The notes: generated by a model not told the origin, from the letters alone. Counted from the first letter of the stretch, positions 47,369 to 60,854 are shown. The stretch is DNA of 64,000 bases from Phallusia mammillata (GCA_965637545.1 OZ281496.1:3782001-3846000); one strand, 5' to 3'. Numbers and translations are program-made.

Positions 47369-49019
47369 CTGTTTATAGCGCGATGCTGGGACAAAAGCCT
47401 TCACTCAGTGGTGGGATCGTATTTCTGCGAAAACAATACATCGCCTAGAAAGGTACGTCACAAATATTTTGACATATATTCACATCGGTTAACGAGACTC
47501 GCAGAATTATGCGCATCATAAACCACTTGCAAAGCTTTAATACCAAACGTCAAGAAGACGATCCAATGCAGTAGCCGTCGTAATTTAATTCTTTATTTAA
47601 GTTATTATTTTTTTGGAAATATTGCACAATTTTCGAAAGTAAGCACTAGACAACATTAATTTGGATAGAAATTTCACGCCAAATATGTTTGCATATAATG
47701 GCTTAAGTATAGTGAATAAAAAACATTAAATCGCGCAACTTCAAAATAATGATCAGCTTATTTTTCGTCTTTCAACTTTCTTAATGTCTGCGCATTGTTT
47801 AACAGTTTAACGAACCATTAAGACTTCCAAGCTTAGTTCCGCAGTAAGGTAAGTTTATTTTAAATTGTTTAAAACGATGTTCAGTGCCCGGTTCGGTGTT
47901 ATATAAAGTTGTCTAAATATCCACCACCGTTAACCAGAGAATAAATTATATTTTTTCTTTTAACTTACGCGGATCACCGTCATCTCTCCCAGCCACATGA
48001 CACCAGAACATCTTACATGTAAGCATCATACATATGACCATAATAATTGTTTATTAATTGGGTGACAGGTAAATTTGATACAACAAAATTTTGGTTGCGG
48101 CACTTAGTTTTCAAATTATCATTATAATATACTCGTTTGACATTTATTTCTCTTCTTGATAAACATATAAATAAATATTTTGTATGTCGCATGAACTGTT
48201 TAATGTGAATGTGTAGCAGCCTCTCTCACTACCGATATCGTGTGCTTTCATACTACAACGAACCGGATAGATTGCCTTCTTTCTCTGACTCTCGTCTTAT
48301 GAGGCGTATTCGCTCATTGTGTTATTCTATTACGATGTACTTTGAATAAACACATCGCTACATTTTGTGACCCTAAGCGTGCAGAAACGTTATTTTTTGC
48401 ATTATGACAGAAGCCACAAACTCAAAAAATGCTGTAGCAGTAAAGTTACCGACGTGCATTAACTTTTTTACATATTTACGCTGTCATCCATCAATCTTTC
48501 CATTTAAACAATAATATAACTACATGTTGTATTGTGCATATTTTAACACAATAAATAACACGATTTTGTTTGGATTTAGCGCTGATTGGGTTTATGCTTG
48601 TATTAAACCGGAGATTAATGGGATATAAAGTTTTCGGCGGGTTAAACGGTTCAAGGTGTGTTACTATTTTTTTTTAACCTGAAACGAATAGAGATCTTTA
48701 TTACAAAGCAATTTTTATTTAACGGAAATCTAGGTTTTACATACCTATGTTTTGCTAGCCAGATGACTTGAACCGTATTGGTATGCTGATGACCAAACAA
48801 TCATATTGTATGACGCATAATTGCGTTTCCGCTTTTCTGTGACGTAACATTGCCCAAGGTACAGGTGTTGTTGTTGTTGTTTTGATTAATAGCCCTGCCG
48901 AGTATTCTTTGTAATGTAAACTGAGTCTGTCTTGCGTTTGCTTGTGTGTTTCTCTTAACAGGTTCTGTTTTATATTTTGCTTTGCAGCTATGTTTTCTTT
49001 CATTACATTGGAGAACAAT

Positions 49020-52000
49020 ATGGGTGCATGTGCTTTATTATGTTTGCCAAGAAATCATGAGTGTAATAAACCGTCATCAGATGTAAGTTTTAAAATGCGT
49101 TTTAATTGACTTGTGAACAATATATCTATTCATCACTCGACACAGAACGATAAACTAAAGGAACGAATAGAAAAAGACAACAAGAAAAATAGTGACACTC
49201 TAGTCGAGCAATAGTTTAGCAGAAACATAAATGTGCTTTCAGTATTAAATCACTGGTTGTGTTTTTACTTAACCAAACTAAAAACTACTTCAACAAACTA
49301 GAAAAAAAAATGGTTTCAACCTAGCAGCATTTAACACGTATTTGTTTTTGTTTAGTATACTTCGAGTATAGGAAACAGTTCGTCAAACACGGTAAACTTT
49401 GATTGATTGTGAGAGTAATTGTTCGCCTCATAGCTTTGATATTGTCGTTTTCAGTTTGCGTTACCTTTTATAGGGTTTCTTTGAAATGAGACATCAAGAA
49501 TATCATAATAAATTCGACAGTCAAAACAATGGTAGGAAGAATTCACATAAATATTGTCTATGTATTTGAGTGAACATCATTGTTATGTTAAACTATTTAT
49601 AGCCCGAAATGTGTTCTCCAATTTCGACAATAATATGAGCAGAACAACCAACACGTATAGATGGTGATGAGGGTCGAAACCACTTCAACCAGTTACAACC
49701 ACAATCAAAAGACACTCAAACAACTAATGCTTGCTATATATTGCGTTTGAACAAAACAAAGCTCAATATTTAAAAAATCTAACTTTTTTAAGTTTTGTTC
49801 ATTTCAAACAACCATATTACTATAAGTTGTTGTGTTAGCAAGACCGGATCATACAATTAAATTTTATCAAAGAATACTAATGAAACGGTTTGCAATATTT
49901 CTTTATTGTGTTTTTTGAACTTTTTTAAACAATATCCAGTATTTCTTTTTTTAATGCAGTCTGAAAAACAAATGCAGCATTTTGTACTGCATCGCGTGAC
50001 GTGCTATCGAAAACCAGAGACAATATTCATTTTAACACACATAAATGCTATTTTTGTTTTCAATTTTGTCATCAATCGTTTTTTATTTGCTGTAGAACAT
50101 TTTTAAGTGTGTCTGGTCATCTGTACATTCGCATCATATTCGTAAAGTACAATCGTTTTCAACTGTAATTTTGAGTCAAAGAGGAACGCAAATATACAAA
50201 GTTTTAAGTAAATTGGTATGGTCACAACAGGCTTGTTTAAACTGCTTGAGGCAAAAGTGTATCGAGAGTTTGAGGCAACATCTTTCATTATGTTGCACTT
50301 GAACCAGCAATGAATCGAACACATTGCTTGTTTTTTTTGCTGTCTTTAAGTGAGCGCACACACATATAACGTGTTGCAGTGTTTCCTTCTGCATCTACTG
50401 CTGTGCAACATGTAAGCGGTACGTTTCTGTTTTGTTAACATGTTCAATAAACGTACAGTACCTTTGTCTGTAGTCACTATGGGTTAGATTCCAATGCAAA
50501 TGTTTTTAAAAATTGTTGGAATTTCTTGAATCAGGAATTTGTAAGAACCTCACTGATTTTGCCTTTTGTAAGAACCTCACTAATTTTGCCAACTTACTGT
50601 TTTTGCCTTGTATCATACGGTATATCCCAGAGCAGGGGTCTTTAACTATTTTAGCATAATCGCCCCCTTCAAAATCACCCTGTATGAGAACGTTATTTTT
50701 TATAAAGTCCTTGCCTCTTTAGCATATGAGATGAAAACACGAAAACGTCAGTTAACTGGTAAAACCTAATTGAATAGCAATTGCAGCACCCAAGGTTCAT
50801 TTTACGCAAATCTCACGTCTGCGATTATTTTTTACTTTATTGACAAGTTAATATGATTATGCGCAAACAATTGCCTACTTTTGTTGAAAACAATCGGTAA
50901 AGGAGATTCACATACATTCAACTTCAGGTTACACTAGATTTACCAAATTGAACGATACAAATACTTCGCAGTTTAAAAAGCGCTATACGCCAATAGGAAG
51001 TGTAAATGGAAAACAAGTTTAAGGAAAAGCTCCATACCGTTGTATTTGAAAGGCAAATTGAACAACTAATGGTTGTTTATTACAAATATAAAAGAACTAA
51101 ACACACGATTTTGCATTTGCTCTGATTTTAACATGCCCCTGCAGCGGACCGGATATTTTGCGTTCTTTCTTTTTATTTCCAATCGTGAAAAGCTTTAGCA
51201 TCCCGTGTTGTAGTATCTGATGTTACGGCTTCTGTTGGATATGCAGCAGAAAAACAAGTCCACTACTAAATTCATAAAATGTAAACGTCTTCTTAGTTTA
51301 TTTCGAAATGTAACTATATTTCTCCCCATATTTTCGATAAATAAAAGTAATAAATGTTATAACATTTTAATACAACTACCTAAACTCTGTCTATAAAGTG
51401 AATGCTTTGTACATTATGCTTCTGCGAACATGTTGTCACTATTTGTACGATGTAAAAAATGAGTTGTCATTTGAAACCTGATTCTAAGGTAAGAAAAAAG
51501 CTTTTGCTGCCATAGCATTAACTTTATAGAGCTCTTCTTGGCAATTGTATGTTTGGAGCGACGTTTCGACGTCCAATACAGGTCGTCTTCATCGGGGTAA
51601 ATGATACTGAATTCGTGTAGCACTCAATGTTTTCTAAATAGCTGCTGGTATTTAACGGGGTTTGTGTGGAATCCATGCTTGTTTATTATATTGTATGTCA
51701 AAACCAACATGGTATTTGCATTGAAGCGTTACCTACCTCAGTCGTGCTTTTGTAAAGTGAGTCAAGTTCATTTTCTGTATTGAAGGTCTCGTTATATAAG
51801 CCTTTGTAATGCACAGCTCTACGAATTTGGTCTCCACCAATTGTGACCAAATCCTTTAGCATTCAACGACTTTTCAACGTTGCGCAACTACTTGCTACTA
51901 AATGATGGTTCTGGTGCAATTGCCGCAATTTTTCACAAACAAAACAATCGCACAGACCAGCAAGTTGATGCCATAAAGTTTCCTTTTAAAATGTTTATCA

Positions 52001-55000
52001 CTAAATGGATGTTTTTTTTATCATTTCGTCACCTTTCAAGGTTTTTTTTTTAATTTTTTTGTGCTTTGAATGGGGTTTTACCTTCATGTTGTAATGCTGG
52101 TTGATGTGACTTTCTCCTTTTGTTCATCATTGCGAAATAACCACAGGCAAATAAGCAAGTCGTTCCAAGGTAAACCATTTATGTCGAATGAGCTAAACAT
52201 TAGTATTACTATGTGACTTCAAATAGGTGCATAGAATGCTAAATGCTACCGGCTAAATGAAGAGGTTTCAACGATTGCTGTCATCATCAGTGCATCTATA
52301 CATCACTTTTGTTATGTGCATAGCTTTCGTAAATGCGACAGCAGGTGATGACATCATAACATTTAGGAGACCAAGTGATGCTTTTAACTGTATGTCATTG
52401 TGGCGTAATAAAGCACTTTCATTCCATTTCGTGTTTCACATACTTTCTGCATCACGCAAGATATGTCTATGACGTGTCAATTTTTTGGTTTACATACCGT
52501 AGAAGTTTTGCAAATTTGCACTGTGAAAGTTAAACTTCGATAAGGATGGCTATGGAAGCAACATCGCTACTTTGCTTTCGGTTAAACCACAAACAACTTT
52601 TTCTTTTATGATCAAACTACGTCAAGATTACCACCGATAAAAAGCGTTTAAGAGCGGTGATTCGTAAAAGTCCAAGTTGTAAAGTATCATTGTGCTCTTC
52701 GACTGTGTTTAGTTTTAGTGGTTTAACCTCAGACCATTTAATGCGAGGGCTTTACAGTGTACGTTTGTAAGTAGATGGTGCTGAACAAATTCAGATATTT
52801 GATATGGCAAATGGTGTTTGATTAGTTGTGTTAATTAGCTTTAACTTTACGTGAGTTTGCAGCAAGTTATGAATCACACAAGTATCTCAAATAGGTCTTC
52901 AATTATCGTCCGATAATGTTTGTTTAACAGATGAGCATATAAATAACTATTCTGTGGCACATCTCGAAAATAAAGTTGGCAAGTTTGGAGCGAATAAGCT
53001 AAACGACATGTTTTTGCAAGTGAAACCATAAACTACGTGTACTGTAGCTAAAGTTGACCACAGAAAGTGTCTGAACTATCATTACAATAATTCAGTTGGT
53101 TGACGTTTGTGAAAACCAGTAACTACTTCGGAGAACTATAATTTTTTTACGATGCAAATAAACTGCACGATTACTAATTAACGTTTGGTTTGCTTCATGT
53201 CTCCTTAGTGTTTACCTGTGACAACATTGTCAGCTGAACATATTGTGAATTTGATTTATATGCAGTGTCAATTGGTAATGTAATCCAGTGCAGTTACTTT
53301 ACATAGCATGGATTGAGCATATATCTATTGTTGGAATCAATTTATAGGTTCTTAATGACACAATATTACGTAGTAATGTGTAAATATATTTGGACATGCT
53401 TGAACAAATTCATTGGAGCAAAGGAAAACATCAGCAAATAATAAAATGATAGATTTGTAAGTTTCGCCCGGGATTGAAAAGATTCGAAATGAAAACAATT
53501 AAGGTTTACCCAGTTCTGAATGTGACACATAACACAAAAAGAATAAAACAACTTGCTTAGAAGTTGGCAGTGGTACATAATTACAAAAAAAAAACTAGAA
53601 CAAATTCACAAAAATATGAATTCAAAAAACTTGAAACAAGACACAACTCAACATGACATTGCATCTGCTTCTTCCAATATGGATCAGGTAAGTGACAAAT
53701 TTGCTTTACTAGATATTACCACCGCATTATTCCGCCACGAATATTTATCTGCATGTTAACATAGTGTCCAACACATATACGTTTAATTTTGTTCTGTAGG
53801 CTACATTAAATTGTTTCCAGAAAAAAAGTAGTGTGGACTTACAGATCGTTATTAAAATAGCAATATTAAAATGCATTACACCCAGGAATTTTGAAATTAC
53901 AGCTTTTCTTGAAATGCGGTGTACAAACAAGCAAAACCTATCATGCATTGCGACTTTCACAAAACTTGGTTTATGACAATGTATTATTTTTGATTTTCAG
54001 AATCAAATAGATCTGGCATTATCATCATCCAGATCGTCTGAAAAGGTATATGGTGAAAAATCTGTAAGCTTTATGAAATTTGTGCTAACAAATTAATTTG
54101 ATGCTTATGTTTTAAACAAGGGTAAATACGTGCAGCAAGATTTCGACTCACCACTTCAAAACAAGGGTAAAAAACTGCAAACTTATGTGTGTATGAGGTA
54201 TTTGCCAGCTGGTTAATTGGTTCAGTATAGGAAAAAGATTAAGCGTATCCTTTGTTACTTGCTCCACTCAGGCATTGCCGAGACAACAATTACTTTCAAG
54301 ATAATGAAACGTCGTATTTAATTGTAATGTTTTAATTTCAGACGGGAAAATGACTTCCAGCTCATTGGAACAAGAAACAGCGAAAGTTGGGTCGAAACCA
54401 GTTATGCTGGGACCTATAATGGCTGATACGAGTTGGGTAAGCAAAACAACAAGTTCGGATTGTTGACTCTCGAATTACACAAACTTTAAAAGGAGAAACT
54501 TATCACTCTATTTTGTTTCTGATTTTTAGGTCAACGAATATATGGAACTCAGACAATCGTCTGCAAAAGAAGACAAAGTAGGAAACTTTATTAGATAAAA
54601 GTTTAATGATAATTGTTGCAAAGAAGAGATCCTATGTAACAAATCAATGGTTTTGTTTGGATTTTTATTCATTTTGCTACTAATTTATCAATATATCAAA
54701 ATAGGAAAAATGCAACTACAGCTGTTTAGTACTTTGGCAAAACACACTGAAACACCAAAATATATCAGGTATTTACGGTCCCAATATCATTTGATCAATT
54801 TTTATTTTTAGGCTTTAAATCAACATGTGAAGGTTGAAGGCAAATAATATCAACCAATAACACCGCATAAACCAAAAGAGGATATTTGAGTGCGAAGTTT
54901 GAATTTTTACTTTAATATTAACAAGTAATCGATCGCTACTTACCCCAATTTGCATTTTACAAATTTTACTGTAGTAGAATGTCACATATGGCAAATATTT

Positions 55001-57796
55001 ACTACTAATGATTAATAACGTAGAGAAATCAGACCAACACCAAAAAATAATTAAGTTCATGTGAGTTTAAACAAAATTATCTTGATTACGACTGACCAAA
55101 ATTTGTGTTTTTTGTGGCTTCCATTACAATTTAACGATAATTATTGCAAAAACCGTGTATTATTTTTACAAATATAAATATATTGTTTTACATCGATGTG
55201 TTGTCTTAGGTCTGTTTTGTTCAGTACTTTAAAGCTTGCGTTTCACAATCACCAAGACCCCAATTGGGTTTAACTTTCACATGTAAGTTAAAAAGGACAG
55301 GAGTCAACAAACCGCCACTGACAAAAGCTATTAAAATTCGGTCTGAAAAGGAAAAAGCGCAAACACTCGTAAAAATCTCTTAAAACGATTTCGCCGTCCG
55401 ACTGCAAATTTGTTTACTTTGGACTTGAAGCCGAACTTAGGTCGAGCAACGGACGATACGACATACTTAGCTTTTTGTTAACCTCATGTTTTAAAGACGG
55501 CAGTATTTTTCGCGAACATCGTTATGAATTTTAGTATGTCGGCCTGGATTACATTAATGAATTAGTCTAGTATTGAAATAGTATGGGCAGCCAATATTGC
55601 TAAAACGTTTGGACTATGTAAGACATTACTGTTGGTTAACATTGCCTTTTGCGTAAAGGTAATACACAAAATGAAACCGTTTACAAAAGCAAACATGTAA
55701 AGCACTTAGCCATTGTGCTTAAATCCGCCAATTTAAAATAAAACCTGACACAAAATTTTTGCGAAAGAGCAGACTTCGTATTAGGCAGGAAAAACTTTGC
55801 TGGTACGTTCTAAAATGTACAGCCAATTACAATTTGCTTGGGAATCAAGTTCAAGCAGTAAATGGACAAATCATCAACTTAACTTGCCACATGAGTAGAG
55901 TAAACTTAGTTTCGTGTAAAATTACACAAAGTAGAAAACTGTATTCGAAAGTATGTTTATATTTTTTTGTGCTAATATCTGATTTGCATTTGCTGTTTAA
56001 ACAAAGGCAGACAATAATGCTTGTGATGCGACTTCGACGGACTTACTGCTGAGTCTCCGTAGCTCAGTTGAAGAGCGCGAATCCCGAAAAGACTCGTGGG
56101 TTCGTATCCCACCGCAAGCTAGCCTATGCTTGCCATATGGTCGTGAATGCTTGGTGACCGGGTCATTCGGTATAGCGCCTCAATGGGCCTGGCGTACTGC
56201 GACTTATATATGAATGTGCCGTGATTGCTAGTCTGCACAGACGCTTCAGGACTGATCCTAGTTATTGAATCCGATTTCAAGCAGCATTCAGGCGCACACA
56301 GTGGTGGTATCGTATTTCTGCACGTCACGAATAGTTATAGGTCTCTTCTGAATTTAATTCCTTTTTTATTTTGCCACTATTTTGCATTAAAATCGTCTCT
56401 TTAGCATGTTTGGCTCACAACAAAACTCGAGTCAACTTGTAAGGTATAAAGCTGCGACCACGAGCAGTTATTGGTATCTGTTTGACCACTTGTTAAATAT
56501 TGTCTCAGCTGTGGACAGTGGACACAGTTTCGACAAATAGTGTCTTATCAGTGGTGCTGGTGACAAGAGATTGACCGAACAGGCCAGTATAGCCAGGTAA
56601 CAATATATTGTCACAAGCTGCACTAAGAATACTTAATTGGTCAACACTGAAGTGAATGCAGGGTCGGCAGTTTATTTATCATTGCATCTATGCATTGCTT
56701 TATTTCAGTTTGCCCTCGATGTTAAATCTTTTATCTGATAAATTTATTAACAAATATACCAACAATAAAATGGTTTATTCTTGTATGATTCAGCAATTGC
56801 CAAATCTTTTTGTCTCGTAATCGTTTTATTTTTGTGCAGTTAATAGCCCCTATACTGTCGCAACGCTTGGTAAAACATGCACCTAAATAAATAATCTCGA
56901 CAAATTTTCCGATAAATACAACACTAATCACACGACACACACACTATGTATCTGAATTTCCATGTGAAACTGATCAGTTCACGTAGCTTTATTGGCCTTT
57001 CAAAAGAAGTGTATGTTGTTAAACGGTTTATGTATCGTAATAGTAATTGTGTTACGTAATGACATTTCAAATAAGTTTGAAGTTAAGGCAACCAGGAAGA
57101 CTTTGGCATTTTTGTTATGTTTAACCTAACATATTGTCTGTGTATATCAGCATAAAATGAGCCAAAGTACCTCCAAACAAGAAGTGGGTTGGCAAGATCA
57201 ATCTGAAACAATCAAGGAATATGATACTGACCCTAAAACTGGAACGACGTGTACTGAAAAGTAAGACAAATAAGTTGCTTGGATGTTCACATATTTTTTT
57301 GTTCATTAGTGAAGCTTGGAAGAACTATTTAATTCCCTATTGCGCCTTTAACGAATTACACATTAGTGTGCTGTGACCGCTGATTGATTCCAGGGCTGAT
57401 CCAATTAATTAAAAAGATTTGTGTGGTTTGTCGACCAACGGTCTGTTTCGAAGCGGACATGCCCAGCATACGAGGCACGCAACGGTGATTGTTATTTGAC
57501 TTATCATGGGTTCACTACAGAGCTTATGTAGCTGAACAGTTTGTCTAGCCACTTCTGTCGTGGTTAGATATATATTTAGCTATTGCCTTTGTCTAGCCAC
57601 TTCTGTCGTGGCTAGATTTATATTCAGCTATCGCCTTTCTGCTTGAAAACCCTTGGCAGTTCGATTTTCTTTGGTAGGAATGCTTTTGTAGTTTAAGATT
57701 ATCACTCATTTAACATTTGCTTTCCCTCTTATTACAACAGCTTGTTTGAAGAGAAGGCAATATCTTCAAAGAGTGTTAAGAATATACCCCAAACTT
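49020..57796 (+). CDS. Unknown micro-exon gene E, Ser/Lys/Glu-rich, possibly N-lipidated (3' end lost at the gap)
   Basis: Phase-consistent exons: 49020-49082 (MGACALLCLPRNHECNKPSSD) and/or 53616-53687 (MNSKNLKQDTTQHDIASASSNMDQ), then 54001-54045, 54121-54166, 54342-54436, 54530-54577 (VNEYMELRQSSAKEDK), 57151-57260, 57741-57796. Phases 0/0/1/0/0/2/1 join without stops. Confidence 0.55.
51559..51800 (-). mobile_element. Possible degenerate 3' end of a Penelope-like retroelement
   Basis: Reverse complement contains GATGAAGACGACCTG...GTCGAAACGTCG, resembling PLE 3' termini. It is preceded by broken frames (..HVGFDIQYNKQAWIP) reminiscent of the GIY-YIG C-terminus. Recognition is from memory only. 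Confidence 0.35.
56051..56325 (+). mobile_element. tRNA-derived SINE (~275 bp)
   Basis: Box A TAGCTCAGTTG (56060), box B GGTTCGTATCCC (56099). Body shared with 38420-38590, 40125-40215 and 47405-47430. Confidence 0.6.
57540..57637. repeat. 49-bp tandem duplication, each unit carrying a hairpin
   Basis: TCTAGCCAC-TTCTGTC-GTGG(T/C)TAGA occurs twice; the second unit is a perfect 9-bp stem. Confidence 0.8.
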
Positions 57797-57913
57797 GTAA
57801 GTTTCCTCAGGGTGTTTAGCGTTTTTTAATCATATCTTACATGCGAAAAATTGCAAGAGCTTCATTTCGTTTTTTGAAAATTGTTCTGTTTCAGTACAAG
57901 CTAATAATAATAC

Positions 57914-58113
57914 NNNNNNNNNNNNNNNNNNNNNNNNNNNNNNNNNNNNNNNNNNNNNNNNNNNNNNNNNNNNNNNNNNNNNNNNNNNNNNNNNNNNNNN
58001 NNNNNNNNNNNNNNNNNNNNNNNNNNNNNNNNNNNNNNNNNNNNNNNNNNNNNNNNNNNNNNNNNNNNNNNNNNNNNNNNNNNNNNNNNNNNNNNNNNNN
58101 NNNNNNNNNNNNN
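57914..58113. other. Assembly gap (200 N)
   Basis: Run of N. Confidence 1.
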
Positions 58114-58835
58114 AGTGTCTGTTTTCACCCTCAAGTCCATCAACAATTTTGCTGTTTCCCTCTGCAGGTTTTATGATGATGTTTTGTGCCGTACATTACC
58201 AACAATGTTCTTTAGTTGAATACAAATACTTAACTTTAATGACTAATGAGCAGATTTGTGACCGTTAAATTATCGAGGGAAACCCTAAAACAACAGTTTA
58301 GGTACCATTGAGCAGTACAGTCAGTACATAACTTTCCGCCGGTTAAGAACCACTGCTTTCGACCGGTGGTTCAAAAACTTCTGGATTATAAGCTGCATTA
58401 AAATTCTATTCTTACAACATCATTATAATCGAAAAGCTTGAGTTAATAAACAATAGCCCATAATTTTTTAAGTAACATACAGAATTTAAGTAACATACAA
58501 ATTCAAGAAATTACGCATATTATTCATCCGAAGGCAGCTAAAGTTTACAAAAAATACCACCAAGAGTGTGCGCGAACAATTGCATTTTTAAAATTTTCAG
58601 CAATGGTTGATTTTTCTGCTAATGAAGACGATCCTCAAATTGTACCTTGATATACATACATCTTCATATAAACAGTTCTAGAAGATATAAAAACAGCGAA
58701 ATTCTCGCGAATTGCTTTACGGGCTGCTTAAGAATCGAAGATGCCAGTATAAGAATCTGTGCATTAGACAATACAACAAAATTCAGCGAATATATTTACA
58801 TTATAAGCATCTGTAGCAGGTTATCTACAGCAACA

Positions 58836-60555
58836 TTAGTTGTTATGAGGCTGGTTTCGTTCCGGTTGCAACTGGTTTTCCGGGTTTTCAACCTCATCTC
58901 CATCCATTGGCGCTGGTTCTTCTGCTGGGTCGAAATGGTCGAATGCAATTCGGTCTAACACATAAACAAATACTTGAAATCGCAAACCAGTATCATGCTT
59001 CAATTTACAGAAAATTAAATCTTAAACACTCTTGCCTAAGTTGAGAGGTGCTCGATTTAAATTTTCTTCTTCGTATTCAACCTTTCTTGAAATCTAAACG
59101 AACAAGTTAAATGGAGAAAGTTAAAATAATAAGTAGATTAAGGTTAGAGATCTCCAACAAAAAAGATCTCCAACAAATTTAAACACTTCACATAAGAGTA
59201 AAAATTTAAGCACAAAAAATGCATATATAAGTTGTTACCTTATAGAATGATATTGGTGTGTGATCTACAATCCCGTAATGCTGGAAAATCAAATAGTACG
59301 TATCGTGTTGTAGGAGATAATCCTAATAAGAGTAGAACCAACTTATTTCGTATGTTTGTTTTTTTGACTTGATTTTTCTATTGAAATACCGATGATTGAA
59401 GTGATCAGCATAGATTTACTGTTTTAACAAAGAATTTTTATTTTTATGAAACCTGATGTTATACAAAAGTGTTATAATATATATAATTTGTTGCCAATGT
59501 TATAGTTTGGTTATTTATGATTATAGTTGTTTCAAATTGAAACGAGCTATTGTGCATAAAATGTGGATTTTGATTTTTGATACAAAGAGGTATTATCAAT
59601 ATATGACTTGCGTTCGAATAAAAAAATGATTCATACTGGTTCATGTTTGTTTGTTTTTTTGCTTCAGAGCTCGCAACGCTTTTTGGCTTCAACTATATTA
59701 AAAGCAAAAATCACTCTAAACCAACGGCGGGCAAAACCCGTATTCGAATGCATGTGAATATAAATGACGGATATAAATCCCCCACGTTGGGTTGTCACAC
59801 TGTGACATAAAATCGATCACCATTTCGACATTACAAATGTTCCCACAATGCTTTAACGACAGTTAATGCTAATAAAGCGTTACACATTCATACTGACAAA
59901 CTTACGATTGTCAACAATTATTAAACACAGTTAATAGTTCCATATGCTGCATGAAATGCGGATTACTCGGAAGCACAATCTTCTTTGGACTTAAATTTAT
60001 TTCTCAACTGTTTTGCATTTTTTACCACAGAATGTGAAATTTTTACTTACCTCCATTTCACGTTCGAACTCCTCCGCCTGAAAGGAAGAAAACAATGTTT
60101 ATTACACGTTATGTCTTTTTATTTTTGTGTTTGTTATGGAATGTCAAACTGTCAGATGTTCTTTCACATGAAGTGAATGTTTAAAATTCATGTTTTTTGT
60201 TGCATGATTTCTATAATGCCAAATTGTTTGATTCTTTTGCCCTAAAATGTTTGATTACTAATTTTCTCACTTCCAGTGCCCTTTCAAAAATTTCTGGAAA
60301 GGAAGCGTTGCGTCAAAACGAATAGTATCACAATCACATTGCCTTTCATGCATTTATCACCGATTCCCGCTATGCTGTGAAGAAATACAATTTTATACTG
60401 ACAAACTGGCTGTCAACAAATGTTAAACATGGTTAATGGTTGGGAGTGCTGCAGGACATGCGGATTAGTGGAAAGCAAATTCCTGTTTCGAAGTGAATTG
60501 ATCTTCCATAACGTAAGTGTTTTACTTACCACCCGTTTACGTTCCAACTCAATCC
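58836..60555 (-). CDS. Micro-exon gene family member D (3' part intact)
   Basis: 60555-60529 (RIELERKRV), 60077-60051 (AEEFEREME), 59280-59239 (HYGIVDHTPISFYK), 59093-59036 (ISRKVEYEEENLNRAPLNL, AG|GCAAG donor), 58954-58836 (DRIAFDHFDPAEEPAPMDGDEVENPENQLQPERNQPHNN*). All phases join in frame. Confidence 0.65.
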
Positions 60556-60677
60556 TCTGAAAGAAGCAAAACACGGTGTTAGGGCAGGTGCAGTTGGGAC
60601 CGCGGTATGGTTTCTCGCACACCGGAAGATTTTCAGGTTCTGCAAAGGAAAGGTTTCAATTAAATGTAGGAAGTAAG

Positions 60678-60854
60678 CAGTGGTGGAATTTAAATTTTTG
60701 TCAGCCGGTTCTATCACAAATGTCATATTTTCAGCAGGTTCTGTTTCAAAAAATTCAATGACAGTAACCAGTAATGCTACCGGTTCGCTGATCTCACCAA
60801 ATTTCGTGAGACGGTTCTATTGAACCGGTGCGAACCGGCCGAATCCTACCACTG
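60678..60854. mobile_element. hAT MITE, 177 bp
   Basis: TIR CAGTGGTGGAATT / AATCCTACCACTG. Perfect TSD GAAGTAAG (60670-60677, 60855-60862). Internal AACCGG/CCGGTT repeats. Confidence 0.88.

Noticed and set aside
50633-51141. CAGGGGTC...CCCCTG as a complete hAT MITE
   Set aside because: The termini match only over 6 bp and there is no TSD. At most it is a truncated fragment.
52257-52344. Signal-peptide-like MKRFQRLLSSSVHLYITFVMCIAFVNATAG as a first exon of gene E
   Set aside because: The donor (GTGATG) is weak, and the only phase-1 partner has an A-rich, non-pyrimidine acceptor. It is not supportable without transcripts.
56051-56115. Functional tRNA genes at 56051, 46840, 29270 and 39231
   Set aside because: Boxes A/B are present, but there is no complete cloverleaf with paired acceptor and anticodon stems. 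They continue into shared repeat bodies or have TSDs, so they are SINE heads.
57841-58176. ORFs 57841-58176 and 57901-58146
   Set aside because: They are artefacts of translating through the N gap.
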